DNA from: an uncultured Gemmatimonadales bacterium
GTDB lineage: Bacteria; Gemmatimonadota; Gemmatimonadetes; Gemmatimonadales; GWC2-71-9
Direction: 5' to 3'
Length of the DNA stretch: 64,000 bases
Assembly: GCA_963779755.1 (NCBI GenBank)
Contig: CAVZZO010000003.1
Location: 608,001-672,000 of the forward strand
A program made the translations under genes and the position numbers. Below are positions 26,401-35,306 of this stretch, in pieces (within the stretch, counting starts at the first letter, position 1; each line of letters begins with the position of its first letter). The notes beneath the pieces are model-generated. The model saw only the letters and a program-made list of their open reading frames with translations. It made no database searches and was not told the DNA's origin.

Positions 26401-29337
26401 TCAGAAATCGGACCCGAACCCCGCCCCGACGGCCATGGCCCCCCGCCGGGTGGCCGGGCCGGGAAGCAGGGTTACCGCCCCCCAGGTGCGCACGCGCAGC
26501 GGTACATCATATAAGACGCCTAAGTCCCAGGAGACTTCCACGCCGGTACTGGCCACCCGCCGCGGGCCGGCCGTGACGGGGCGCCAGACGCGGCCTTCAT
26601 CATAGAACGGCGCCAGGCTGATCCGGTCCAGCCCATACGGCAGATTCCCCAGCCCCTCATCCACCAGAGCCAGCGGAATGCGCAGCTCCAGCGAGCCGGA
26701 GGCAACCGTCCGGCCGGCCAGTTCCGATCCCTGGTATCCGCGCACCGGCCAGGTACGCTGGCTCGAGAGCGCCACCCCGGGCAACACCTGGTACGATCCG
26801 CCCGACGCCCCGCCGACACCATAGGTTTCGGCATCGGGACCGGCCGAGGTGGCGGCGGACAGGCGGGCCGCCAGCACCGGATGGGCGAAGAGGCCCAGCC
26901 CCTTGAAGGCCAGGTACCCCCGGGCGCGAAGCCGCCAGTCGTCGGACCACCCGGCCTGGTCCAGGCGCCAGCGACGGTGGTAGCGCAGGGTGATCGCGCC
27001 GCCGTCCTCCGCGCTGATGCCCAGGGGCGTGAAGACCAGTCGGGAGAGCGAAGCCGTCCCGCTGGCCCCGAGCCAGGCCGGGGTGCGGAAGCTCACCGGC
27101 GCATCGGCCCGGAAGGCATCCTGCTCGTAGTCACCCGCCACCCGGACACTCAGCGTCCTGCGCCATCCGCGCCAGCGAGCCGAGAGGCCCAGCTCGGCGT
27201 CGCGCTCCCGGCTCCGGACCGAGGCCGCCACCGGAACGGTGATGGTGCCAGCATCGCCCCAGCGCTGGTTCAGGTAGAGATCGAGCGCGTAGCGATCCCA
27301 GCGGCTGTAGACCAGCGAGAGGTTTCCTTCGAGCAATCCGGTATTGAGCCCCACCCCGGCCTGGGCCGTATAGCCCACGCGGCCGATCGGATCGCTCCCC
27401 GAGGTAAATGCGCCCAGGAATACGCCGGCGAAGCCCTTGTCGACCAGCGTCGGCAGATAGTAGTGCGGCAGCAGCGCCGCCCAGGGAGAGTAGCCCGTCT
27501 CCCGCAGGTGCAGGGTGTCGGGGTCCACCACTGCCCGGGCTCCGGGTAGCGCAAACCTGCCGGATTCCGCCCAGGACCCGCCGTCCGATTCCGACGACAG
27601 CCGGCTGGGAATGTTCCAGGCTCCACGATTCGCCGCCGCCGGCACTGGCGGCGCGGCCACCAGGGAGCGATAAGGCAGCCGCCGCAGGGCAAAACCATCG
27701 GCTTCGAGCGCAGTGAAGTAGAGCCAGCCGTCGGCCGCCAGCACCGGCCGGCTGGCGCCAGCCGCCTGGGCGGTCAGCTGCAGCGGCGGGCCGCCGGGCG
27801 GCAGGAGATACACCTGCGGTAACCCGGTCCGGTCGTTGGCCACGAGCAGGCTATCGCGTCCCGCCCAGGAGGGATCGGCCTGCAGACCCTCGCGCGGGGC
27901 GGGAAAGCCCTGCCGCACGTCCGTCGCGCCGGACTTGTCCACCACCACCAGCGACTGCAGATCCGCGGGCGGGACGCCGTCCCGATAGCCCCGCCGCACC
28001 ACCACCACATTGCCGGTCTCCGGCTCCATGGCGGGGGTGGCCCAGGTGGCGGCAGGCGCGAGCGGGAGGAGCGGCAGCACACGATTACCGGTCACCCGCA
28101 CCAGGCGGTTGCCGGCTGGTGTCACCTGTACCGCCACGATGCCGGCGGGCCCCGCCGCCAGGTCGGTCAGGCGGGCGTTGCGGGTGAGCCGTTCCCAGGA
28201 GCCGTTCCGCAAGCGGTGCAGGTCGGCACGGTAGTGGCTGGGATCGGTGTGGTCCAGCCAGGTGGCGTACAGCGTGTCGGCCCGCCAGGCCAGCCGCACG
28301 CCGCCGGTGGTGAGATAGCGATGCTCCACCCCGCCCTGCCGCACGACGATCTCGGGCGCGCGGCCACCCGGGGTGGAGACCCAGGCGAGGCCGCCCCCGG
28401 GCGAAACGGCCACCTGGGGGTCAGCCCGGAGGCCCGCATCGACCAGCTGGGAGGTGTCGGGCGCGAAGCCGCGGGGCGCCAGGCGGTAGCGATCGCGCAG
28501 GTCGCGCCAGAGCGAGTCCGGATCGAGTCCGCTGACCTGGCGCAGCGGCCGGCCCGTCCGGGTGGGGATCCACTGTCCCGAGGTCCGTTCCACGAAGCGC
28601 GGAATGGCGTCCGTGCCTGCGGCCTGGGCAAAGTGCTCGAGGAAGCGGGAGCCGAAGGCGTAGGGGCCCACGCCGTCGGGCCAGCGTTCGGAGAGATAGG
28701 TCGCTTCATTGGGCTTGGGCCAGCGAGCCGCCGCCGCGGCGGCGTCCAGAATGCGGGTGTGATAGCTGTCGCGCAGCCGCCCCGCCAGGCTCAGCCTGGT
28801 TTCGTAGTACACCGCCAGGCCTTCGATGGCCCAGGACGGCTGATAGGCATTGGGAAAGCTGCCGGGCGCACGGCCCAGCACATCCTGCAGTACGCTCCAG
28901 GGCCCCCGCACCCGGTCCAGGTGAAAGATGTGCGTCAGCTCGTGGGTGAGTAGCAGCGCCAGCCAGTCATCGTAATTCTGCAGGCCGGGCTGCGACGGCG
29001 GCGGCGTCAGGAGCAGGACGATGCGATCGCTGGGGAAGACGCCCGCGGCCCCGTTGGCGAAGTCGGCCGCGTTGCTCAGGACCAGGTCGACGGTTTCCCG
29101 CGGAGGAACCAGCTCGTCCGACAGCAGCAACCAGCTGCGCTCGGCGATGGTCGTGGCGCGGCGCGCCGCCACGGAATCGAGCGGCTCGAAATGCACCCGG
29201 AAATGCCGGCTGTGCAGAGTGTGCCATGACCCGGCCGGGCTCACCTGCGCCACGGCGGCGCCGGCTGTCCCGGCCAGCAGGACCAGGAAGAAGGCGCCCC
29301 CGATGATGCCGGCGCGGAACCCCGGGCGGCGGCTCAC
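26401..29337 (-). CDS. Outer-membrane protein: zincin-like peptidase + beta-propeller + Omp85-like barrel
   Basis: Signal peptide, HELTHIFH...WAIEGLAVYYE, propeller-like middle region, PVRGY, SLELRIPL and a terminal Phe. Confidence 0.8.
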   Translation of the reverse strand: MSRRPGFRAGIIGGAFFLVLLAGTAGAAVAQVSPAGSWHTLHSRHFRVHFEPLDSVAARRATTIAERSWLLLSDELVPPRETVDLVLSNAADFANGAAGVFPSDRIVLLLTPPPSQPGLQNYDDWLALLLTHELTHIFHLDRVRGPWSVLQDVLGRAPGSFPNAYQPSWAIEGLAVYYETRLSLAGRLRDSYHTRILDAAAAAARWPKPNEATYLSERWPDGVGPYAFGSRFLEHFAQAAGTDAIPRFVERTSGQWIPTRTGRPLRQVSGLDPDSLWRDLRDRYRLAPRGFAPDTSQLVDAGLRADPQVAVSPGGGLAWVSTPGGRAPEIVVRQGGVEHRYLTTGGVRLAWRADTLYATWLDHTDPSHYRADLHRLRNGSWERLTRNARLTDLAAGPAGIVAVQVTPAGNRLVRVTGNRVLPLLPLAPAATWATPAMEPETGNVVVVRRGYRDGVPPADLQSLVVVDKSGATDVRQGFPAPREGLQADPSWAGRDSLLVANDRTGLPQVYLLPPGGPPLQLTAQAAGASRPVLAADGWLYFTALEADGFALRRLPYRSLVAAPPVPAAANRGAWNIPSRLSSESDGGSWAESGRFALPGARAVVDPDTLHLRETGYSPWAALLPHYYLPTLVDKGFAGVFLGAFTSGSDPIGRVGYTAQAGVGLNTGLLEGNLSLVYSRWDRYALDLYLNQRWGDAGTITVPVAASVRSRERDAELGLSARWRGWRRTLSVRVAGDYEQDAFRADAPVSFRTPAWLGASGTASLSRLVFTPLGISAEDGGAITLRYHRRWRLDQAGWSDDWRLRARGYLAFKGLGLFAHPVLAARLSAATSAGPDAETYGVGGASGGSYQVLPGVALSSQRTWPVRGYQGSELAGRTVASGSLELRIPLALVDEGLGNLPYGLDRISLAPFYDEGRVWRPVTAGPRRVASTGVEVSWDLGVLYDVPLRVRTWGAVTLLPGPATRRGAMAVGAGFGSDF

Positions 29338-31316
29338 CGGCCCGGCGGGTCCTCCGCGCGCCCCCGCAGGAAGGCACGAATTCCGTCGAACACGGCTTGC
29401 GCGTACAGCTGCTGACCCTGGGGGACGCGCAGTGCATACTCCTGCTGCGGCAGCATCATGAACATCCCCTCGGTGAGCAGCGATGGCATCCAGGTGGGGC
29501 GGACCAGCGCGAGGTCGCCGCGGCCGGCGCCCAGATCGCGCAGGCCGAGCCGCCGCACCAGCTCGCGTTGGACATCCAGCGCCAGCGGAAGGCTGGGGAG
29601 GTGGTTGTAGTAGTCGCTGGTCCCGTTGTTGGCGAAGGGGTTCACGCCGTCGGGCAGTGCGTTGTTATGGATGGACACCAGCAGATCGGCATCCAGGCTG
29701 TCCGCCTCTTTCACCCGCTGGTACAGACCCACCGGCACATCCGCTGTCCGGGTCAGCACCACGCGCGCGCCGGCGTTGGCGAGGAGGTCGCGCAGCCGGA
29801 GCGCCACCGCCAGGTTGGCCTCGGCCTCCCGCCATCCGGTGGGGCCGGTCGCGCCGAGGGGAGGATGCCCCGGATCCACCACGATGAGCCGGCCCTGGAG
29901 CGGGTGATCGGGGTCGATCACCGGAGGCCGGCGGATTTCCAGCACCAGGTCGGAGCGGTCCCAGCGGGCGCGCCAGCCCCAGAGCGGCCGGGACAGCTCC
30001 ACCGTGAAGCTGACCTCATCGGCGGCAGGCTGGTCCCAACGCATGGCGCGAACCAGCGAATCGAGAGGACCGTAGTGGATCCAGTTGACGTCGCCCGCCG
30101 CCTGATAGAAACGCAGCGTCAGCGACTGTTCACCCTCCTGGATCTCATACGGCACCCGGCGGCTCAGCGGCAGGCGCAGCAGCACGCGATCAGTTTCCGG
30201 CGTCAGGCTGGCACTACCGACGGTGGCACGCACCAGCGGCAGCTGGGACGGCAGGGGCTGCGCGTCGGCCGCGGGGGCCCAGGCCTCGGCATTGCGGGCG
30301 AGCCGCAGGCGCAGGTCGCCGTTCACGCGGCCGGTGGCCCAGGTGCGGGTGCCGGTGGGAAAGAACCAGTGATAGGTCGCGCCCGGCGCCGCGCGGCCGA
30401 CCGTCAGGCTGTCGGTGTCTCCCACTCCGGCGGTGTCGTCGTTCAGGACCACGGGGCGGGGGACGCTATCGAGTATCCCCAGGCGGATGTGCCAGCTGGC
30501 GCGGGCGGTGTCGGCGCCCAGAATCGCCTCCACCACGGGAAACGAGTCGGCCGGTGGGACGCACTGCTGCCCTGCCGGCTGCGCCGGGGGGCAGGGCGGT
30601 GCCGCACCCAGAAGCGGGCCTGGGTCCGGCCCCAGCGCGAGGCCGCGCAGGCTGCCGGCGTAGCGGTCGGCCCGGCGCTGCCGGATGAGATGCGCCGTAT
30701 CCCGGTCGAAGGCGCGGATTCCCCAGGGCACGTCGTCGTAGCCGGGATCGGCGGCCAGCGGAATCTCGGTACGGTCGGGCAGGACGATCCGCACCGTGGC
30801 GCCGGCCGCCGCACGCACCGAGACCGGCAAGGCTTCGTCCCGGGGCCACCAGACCCGGCCGGCAGGCGCGAGCGAGGTCGAGTCCACCCAGGCTCCGGAA
30901 TCGGGGGGCGTGAACCGCGGCGCGCGCCGCACCAGCCAGGTGAGGGCGGCGGTGTCCCCCGGCGTACGGGCCACCAGCTCGAATGCCATGACACTGTCCG
31001 GCGGGAGCGCGACCCAGGCCAGCCAGGCGCCGTTGGGCCAGACCTTCACCGGCGCCCCGTTGATGGTAAGCGAGGCGAGACCGGTGCCGACCGTGCCGAA
31101 CAGAAAACTGGAATCGCGCGCATCCACCACGTCGGTGGGGGCGGGATAGGCCACCTGGATCTCCAGGGGGCCGGTCACCAGCGGTACCGCCGGCAACGGA
31201 TTCTCTCCCCCGGCAGCGGCCCGGGGAGCGGGTCCGGCCCGGGGCGGCGATGGAGTGGCGGTGCAGGCCAACAGGGAGGCAAGCGGCAAAGCGGCGGCAA
31301 GCGAGCGGAGCAGCAT
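29334..31316 (-). CDS. N-acetylmuramoyl-L-alanine amidase (Amidase_3), probable lipoprotein
   Basis: LLAC lipobox; IVVDPGH, EAEANL, LTRT, VSIHNNA and SLLTEG catalytic motifs. Confidence 0.88.
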   Translation of the reverse strand: MLLRSLAAALPLASLLACTATPSPPRAGPAPRAAAGGENPLPAVPLVTGPLEIQVAYPAPTDVVDARDSSFLFGTVGTGLASLTINGAPVKVWPNGAWLAWVALPPDSVMAFELVARTPGDTAALTWLVRRAPRFTPPDSGAWVDSTSLAPAGRVWWPRDEALPVSVRAAAGATVRIVLPDRTEIPLAADPGYDDVPWGIRAFDRDTAHLIRQRRADRYAGSLRGLALGPDPGPLLGAAPPCPPAQPAGQQCVPPADSFPVVEAILGADTARASWHIRLGILDSVPRPVVLNDDTAGVGDTDSLTVGRAAPGATYHWFFPTGTRTWATGRVNGDLRLRLARNAEAWAPAADAQPLPSQLPLVRATVGSASLTPETDRVLLRLPLSRRVPYEIQEGEQSLTLRFYQAAGDVNWIHYGPLDSLVRAMRWDQPAADEVSFTVELSRPLWGWRARWDRSDLVLEIRRPPVIDPDHPLQGRLIVVDPGHPPLGATGPTGWREAEANLAVALRLRDLLANAGARVVLTRTADVPVGLYQRVKEADSLDADLLVSIHNNALPDGVNPFANNGTSDYYNHLPSLPLALDVQRELVRRLGLRDLGAGRGDLALVRPTWMPSLLTEGMFMMLPQQEYALRVPQGQQLYAQAVFDGIRAFLRGRAEDPPGR

Positions 31317-31363
31317 TGCTCCAAGGTACACGATGACTATGACTTACGCCAAGCGGCCATAAG

Positions 31364-31392
31364 TTGACGCTCTCCGCGGCGAGCCGTAGATT
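31364..31392 (+). promoter_or_regulatory. Putative sigma70 promoter of the FHA/PP2C operon
   Basis: TTGACG-N17-TAGATT in the divergent intergenic region. Confidence 0.6.
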
Positions 31393-31451
31393 TTCGCGAC
31401 CGGGCGGCCGCGCTCCCATCCCGGGGGTGACGGCGGCCGTTCAGCCCCCCG

Positions 31452-32411
31452 TTGATTGGCACTGATCCCCACCTGGAGGCGGCAACGTCCGATTCCGCGC
31501 CCTCACGGCCACCCGCCGGCCCCGCACCGCGGGCGCCGCGCCCGACCGACCCGGCGGGACGCTGTCCCAGCTGCGGCGCGGCCACGGTTCCCAGCCTCCC
31601 GTTCTGCGGCCAGTGCGGCACCCGGGTGGTGCCGGAGGGCGCGGGCGTCGCCTGCCCCACCTGCGGCCTGCGCTGCCAGGCGGGCACCAGATATTGTCCG
31701 TCCTGCGGCACGGTGATCGACCCGAGCGCGCCCACCCCGGCGGCTTCGGCGCGGGTGATGGCGCCGGTCGGCGTCACTCTGGTCCTGCTCGACCGCTCGG
31801 GCGCCGTGCTGCAGCAGTATCCGCTCGCCCGCGCGGTCACCTCTCTGGGCCGCCACGGGGCCGACATCAATTTCCCCGACGACGCCTATCTCTCGCCGCT
31901 GCACGCGCAGATCATCAACGCCGCGGGCGAGGTGCGGGTGCGCGATCTGGGCAGCCGCAACGGAACCTGGCTGTTCCTGGAGGAGCCGCATCGTCTGGCC
32001 GACGGCGACCTGATCCTGGTCGGAGGCCAGATGCTGCGGTTCCGCCGGCTGGGCTACCCCGGGCCACGGCCGCCGGAACAGGACCAGACGCGGCGGATGG
32101 GCAGCCTGCTACCGGGGGCCGACATTGCCTCGCTGACGCAGCTGCGCAGCGACGGCAGCTCGCGCGATGTCCTCCACCTCTCCCCCGGCCGGACGCTGAG
32201 CCTGGGGCGGGAACAGGGTGAGTGGCAGTTCCCCTACGACCCGTCGATGAGCGCGCTGCACGCGTCCGTCCGCAGCGAGGATGCCGATTTCGTGCTGCTC
32301 GACCTGGGCAGCCGCAACGGCATCGCGGTGGCCTTGCGGACCGAGGCCTCGTTGCGCAGCGGCAGCCGTCTTCTGGTGGGCGACCAGCTCCTGCGGGTGG
32401 AGTTCTCGTGA
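31452..32411 (+). CDS. Double zinc-ribbon + two FHA domains protein
   Basis: Four CxxC pairs; GR...S..HA...DLGSRNGT FHA motif present twice. Confidence 0.88.
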   Translation: MIGTDPHLEAATSDSAPSRPPAGPAPRAPRPTDPAGRCPSCGAATVPSLPFCGQCGTRVVPEGAGVACPTCGLRCQAGTRYCPSCGTVIDPSAPTPAASARVMAPVGVTLVLLDRSGAVLQQYPLARAVTSLGRHGADINFPDDAYLSPLHAQIINAAGEVRVRDLGSRNGTWLFLEEPHRLADGDLILVGGQMLRFRRLGYPGPRPPEQDQTRRMGSLLPGADIASLTQLRSDGSSRDVLHLSPGRTLSLGREQGEWQFPYDPSMSALHASVRSEDADFVLLDLGSRNGIAVALRTEASLRSGSRLLVGDQLLRVEFS

Positions 32412-32665
32412 AGTTCTGCCCGGTCTGCGGGACGGAATACGCCGAAGAGGTCAAGTTCTGCCCGCGCGACGGGCACACCACGCGCTCGTTCGACCCGGCG
32501 GCCGATCCGGTCGGCCGGGGGGGCGCCGCGCCCCACGATTCGCAATTCTCCCGGCAGGTTCCGGCGTCGGCGGCGCTCCGCTGGATTCGCGAAGCCACCC
32601 GGCTCGCCCCCGCCAACGTGTATTATCAGCACGCGTTGCAGACGCTGTCGGCCACTCTCCATTGA
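32408..32665 (+). pseudogene. 85-aa ORF, probable internally deleted Ser/Thr kinase gene (Zn-ribbon start fused to a TPR-like end)
   Basis: GTG overlaps the FHA gene stop (GTGA). MKFCPVCGTEY...FCPRDG...DPVGR resembles kinase N-termini; ALRWIREATRLAPANVYY is TPR-like; there is no kinase domain. Confidence 0.55.
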
Positions 32666-32673
32666 GGAGTCCC

Positions 32674-33687
32674 GTGCCCACCGGTCCCGTGCAGGTCACC
32701 GTCTTCGGCAAGACCGACCTCGGTCGCACGCGCGATCACAACGAGGACACGTTCCTCGTTGCCGATCTCACCCGCGGCAAGGCCAACCTCCAGCCCGAGG
32801 TGCGGCAGCACGAGGTGGGGCCCCGCGGCTCCCTGTTCATGGTGGCCGACGGCATGGGCGGCGCGGCGGCGGGCGAGGTCGCCAGCTCCATGGCGGCCGA
32901 CAGCATCTATCAGCATCTCGCGACCGCCTGGGCCGACGATCCCGACGGCAGCGGCCAGCGTTTCGCCTATCGGATCAAGGAAGCGGTGGAGCTGGCCAAC
33001 CGGCGGATTCACGAATACGCGCAGGAGCATCCCGAGGTGCGGGGCATGGGCACGACGGTAACCGCCGCCGGCGTCTTCGGCGCCGATCTCTACCTGGCCC
33101 AGATCGGCGACAGCCGGGCCTACCTTGTCCGCCAGGGCAAGACCATCCAGCTCACCAAGGACCAGTCGCTCATGCAGCGGCTGGTGGAAGCGGGCGAGTT
33201 GACGGAGGAAGAGGCGGAACAGAGCGAACGCCGCAATATCATCCTCCAGGCGCTGGGCCCCGAGGCGCGCGTCAAGGTCGATCTGACCTATCAGCCTATC
33301 TCCCGGGGCGATGTCCTGGTGATCTGCTCCGACGGCCTTTCCAATCAGGTCAAGCGCGACGAGATGGCCGAACTGGTGGGCCGGCATCCCGACCTGGTGG
33401 AGCTGTGCAGCGTGCTCATCGACCTCGCCAACCAGCGCGGCGGGCCCGACAATATCACGGCCGTGGCCGCCCGGTTCGACGGCGAGGGCCTGGCGGAGCC
33501 GTCCAGCGGATCGGCCGGGTATCAGGTGTATCCGCTGGGCGAAGGCGACGCCACCACCGAACCGGTGCCGATCTACACCGGCAGCCCCCTGCCGCGCAGC
33601 CGGCGGCAGAAAATCCAGCGGGCCGTCCTGCTCTCCACGCTGGCGTTCCTCCTGGCGCTGGCCGCCTGGCTCCTGCTCCGCCGCTGA
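32674..33687 (+). CDS. PP2C-family Ser/Thr phosphatase (Stp1/PrpC type) with C-terminal TM helix
   Basis: TDLGRTRDHNED, VADGMGG, MGTT, GDSRAY, CSDGL and GGPDNIT motifs; GAGGAG RBS before GTG 32674. Confidence 0.92.
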   Translation: MPTGPVQVTVFGKTDLGRTRDHNEDTFLVADLTRGKANLQPEVRQHEVGPRGSLFMVADGMGGAAAGEVASSMAADSIYQHLATAWADDPDGSGQRFAYRIKEAVELANRRIHEYAQEHPEVRGMGTTVTAAGVFGADLYLAQIGDSRAYLVRQGKTIQLTKDQSLMQRLVEAGELTEEEAEQSERRNIILQALGPEARVKVDLTYQPISRGDVLVICSDGLSNQVKRDEMAELVGRHPDLVELCSVLIDLANQRGGPDNITAVAARFDGEGLAEPSSGSAGYQVYPLGEGDATTEPVPIYTGSPLPRSRRQKIQRAVLLSTLAFLLALAAWLLLRR

Positions 33688-33697
33688 CCCCGCCACC

Positions 33698-35116
33698 GTG
33701 AAGATCGTCCTCACCTTTCGCTCGGGAGCGCGCGCGGGCCAGAGCGAGACGCTGGCCCTGCCCTACATCCAGATCGGGCGCCACCCGCAGTGCGATGTGC
33801 GCTTCGACAGCGAACGGGATCTCGACGTCTCCGCCCGGCACGCGGCCATCGTCCGCAGCGGCGAGCTCTACCTGCTCCGCGATCTGGGCAGCACCAACGG
33901 CACCTGGATCAACGGCGAACGCCTGGGCGCCGACCACGTGCTGGCTCACGGCGATGTCATCCGCTTCGGACGCGAGGGACCGGCCCTCGAGGTCCGGCTG
34001 CAACGGCCGCCGGGCCCGGTGCCGGCCGCGGCGACTCCGGCGGCCGCGACACCGGTTCCCGGCACCGTGGCGACCCCGGCCCCCCCGTCGCACCATCTCC
34101 GCCCTACCCCCGCGGAGCACACGGTTCGGGTGGAGCGGGAAGTCGCGCGTCAGACGGCCACGCTGCGGCGCACCTCGCTCATGCTCCTGCTGTTGCTGGC
34201 GGTCCTGGGCGGCGCCTACCTCTGGCAGGGCCTACGCAGCGCCGCACGGGTGCGGCAGGAGCGGGCGCGGCTGCTGCAGGGGGTGGACAGCCTCTCGGCC
34301 GCGCTGGCCGGCGTGACGGTGCGGGTGAGTTCGCTGCAGGGCGCGCTCGATTCTGCCGCCCGGGAGACCAGCCGCCTGCGGCAGGACATCGGCCGGGGAG
34401 GCAGTGTGGAGGAGCTGAACCGGTTGCGGCGCCGGCTGGAGACGGCGCAGCAGCGCCAGAGCCGGCTGGCCAGCGCCGCCACGCTGGATGCGGCCGGCAT
34501 CAGCGCGGCGAACATCGACGCCGTGTGCGTCGTCCTGGTGCAGTTCCCCGACGGGAGCACCGCGAGCGGGTCGGGTTTCGCCGTGGCCTCCAACGGCAAT
34601 GCCGGCCTGGTGCTGACCAACCGCCACGTGGTGGTGGCGCCCGACGGCGGCCGGCCCAGCCGGATCGGGGTGATCTTCAACGGCAGCAACCAGAACTTCC
34701 AGGCGCAGCTGCTGGCGGTGCACGGCGACAGCACGGCGGACGTCGCGCTGCTCCGCGTCCCGGTGCGCCGCGGCGTTCCCGTAGTGAAGGGGCTGGTGAC
34801 GGCGTCGCCGCCCGTCCGCACCGGCGATGCCGTCGCCGTGCTGGGCTACCCGCTGGGCTTCCAGATGGAGATGGGAGAAGACTGGCGCACCGTGGGCGTC
34901 TCGGCCGCGCTGAGCACCGGGATCGTCAGCAAGAGCCTGCCCGAGCGCCTGGTGATCGTCGGGTACGGGGCGCCCGGCGCCAGCGGCAGTCCGGTGTTCA
35001 ACCGGGAGGGGCAAGTGGTGGGGATCCTCGTCGGCGGACAGGGGGAGAGCAACGGCCGCATCGTGCTGGCGGTGCCGATCAAGTACGGGCTGGAGCTGCT
35101 GCCGCGGATGGAGTGA
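33698..35116 (+). CDS. FHA domain + TM + coiled coil + trypsin-like serine protease
   Basis: IGRH...VSARHA...DLGSTNGTW; TM segment; LTNRHVV, ADVALL and GASGSPV catalytic triad motifs. Confidence 0.88.
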   Translation: MKIVLTFRSGARAGQSETLALPYIQIGRHPQCDVRFDSERDLDVSARHAAIVRSGELYLLRDLGSTNGTWINGERLGADHVLAHGDVIRFGREGPALEVRLQRPPGPVPAAATPAAATPVPGTVATPAPPSHHLRPTPAEHTVRVEREVARQTATLRRTSLMLLLLLAVLGGAYLWQGLRSAARVRQERARLLQGVDSLSAALAGVTVRVSSLQGALDSAARETSRLRQDIGRGGSVEELNRLRRRLETAQQRQSRLASAATLDAAGISAANIDAVCVVLVQFPDGSTASGSGFAVASNGNAGLVLTNRHVVVAPDGGRPSRIGVIFNGSNQNFQAQLLAVHGDSTADVALLRVPVRRGVPVVKGLVTASPPVRTGDAVAVLGYPLGFQMEMGEDWRTVGVSAALSTGIVSKSLPERLVIVGYGAPGASGSPVFNREGQVVGILVGGQGESNGRIVLAVPIKYGLELLPRME

Positions 35117-35303
35117 CGGGAAGAGGACGGGAAGAGGACGGGAAGAAGACGGGAGAAAGACGGGAGGAGGACAACAGGACCAGAAAAAGATTCCAGGCAT
35201 GTCCCTCGTTCCCGTCGTCCTCGCCTTTCTCCCGTCTTTCTCCCGTCTTTCTCCCGTCTTTCTCCCGTCTTTCTTCCCGTCTTTCTCCCGTCTTTCTCCC
35301 GTC
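35115..35303. repeat. 11-mer tandem array (GACGGGARRAR, 5 units) with inverted arm (TTTCTCCCGTC, 7 units)
   Basis: Visible directly between convergent genes; begins inside the TGA stop of the protease gene. Confidence 0.93.
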
Positions 35304-35306
35304 CTA

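Noticed and set aside
32281..32673. N-terminal extension of the PP2C ORF
   Set aside because: It overlaps other frames; the RBS and homology support GTG 32674.
35115..35303. Possible CRISPR array
   Set aside because: Units are 11 nt, directly adjacent, with no unique spacers, and no cas genes are present.
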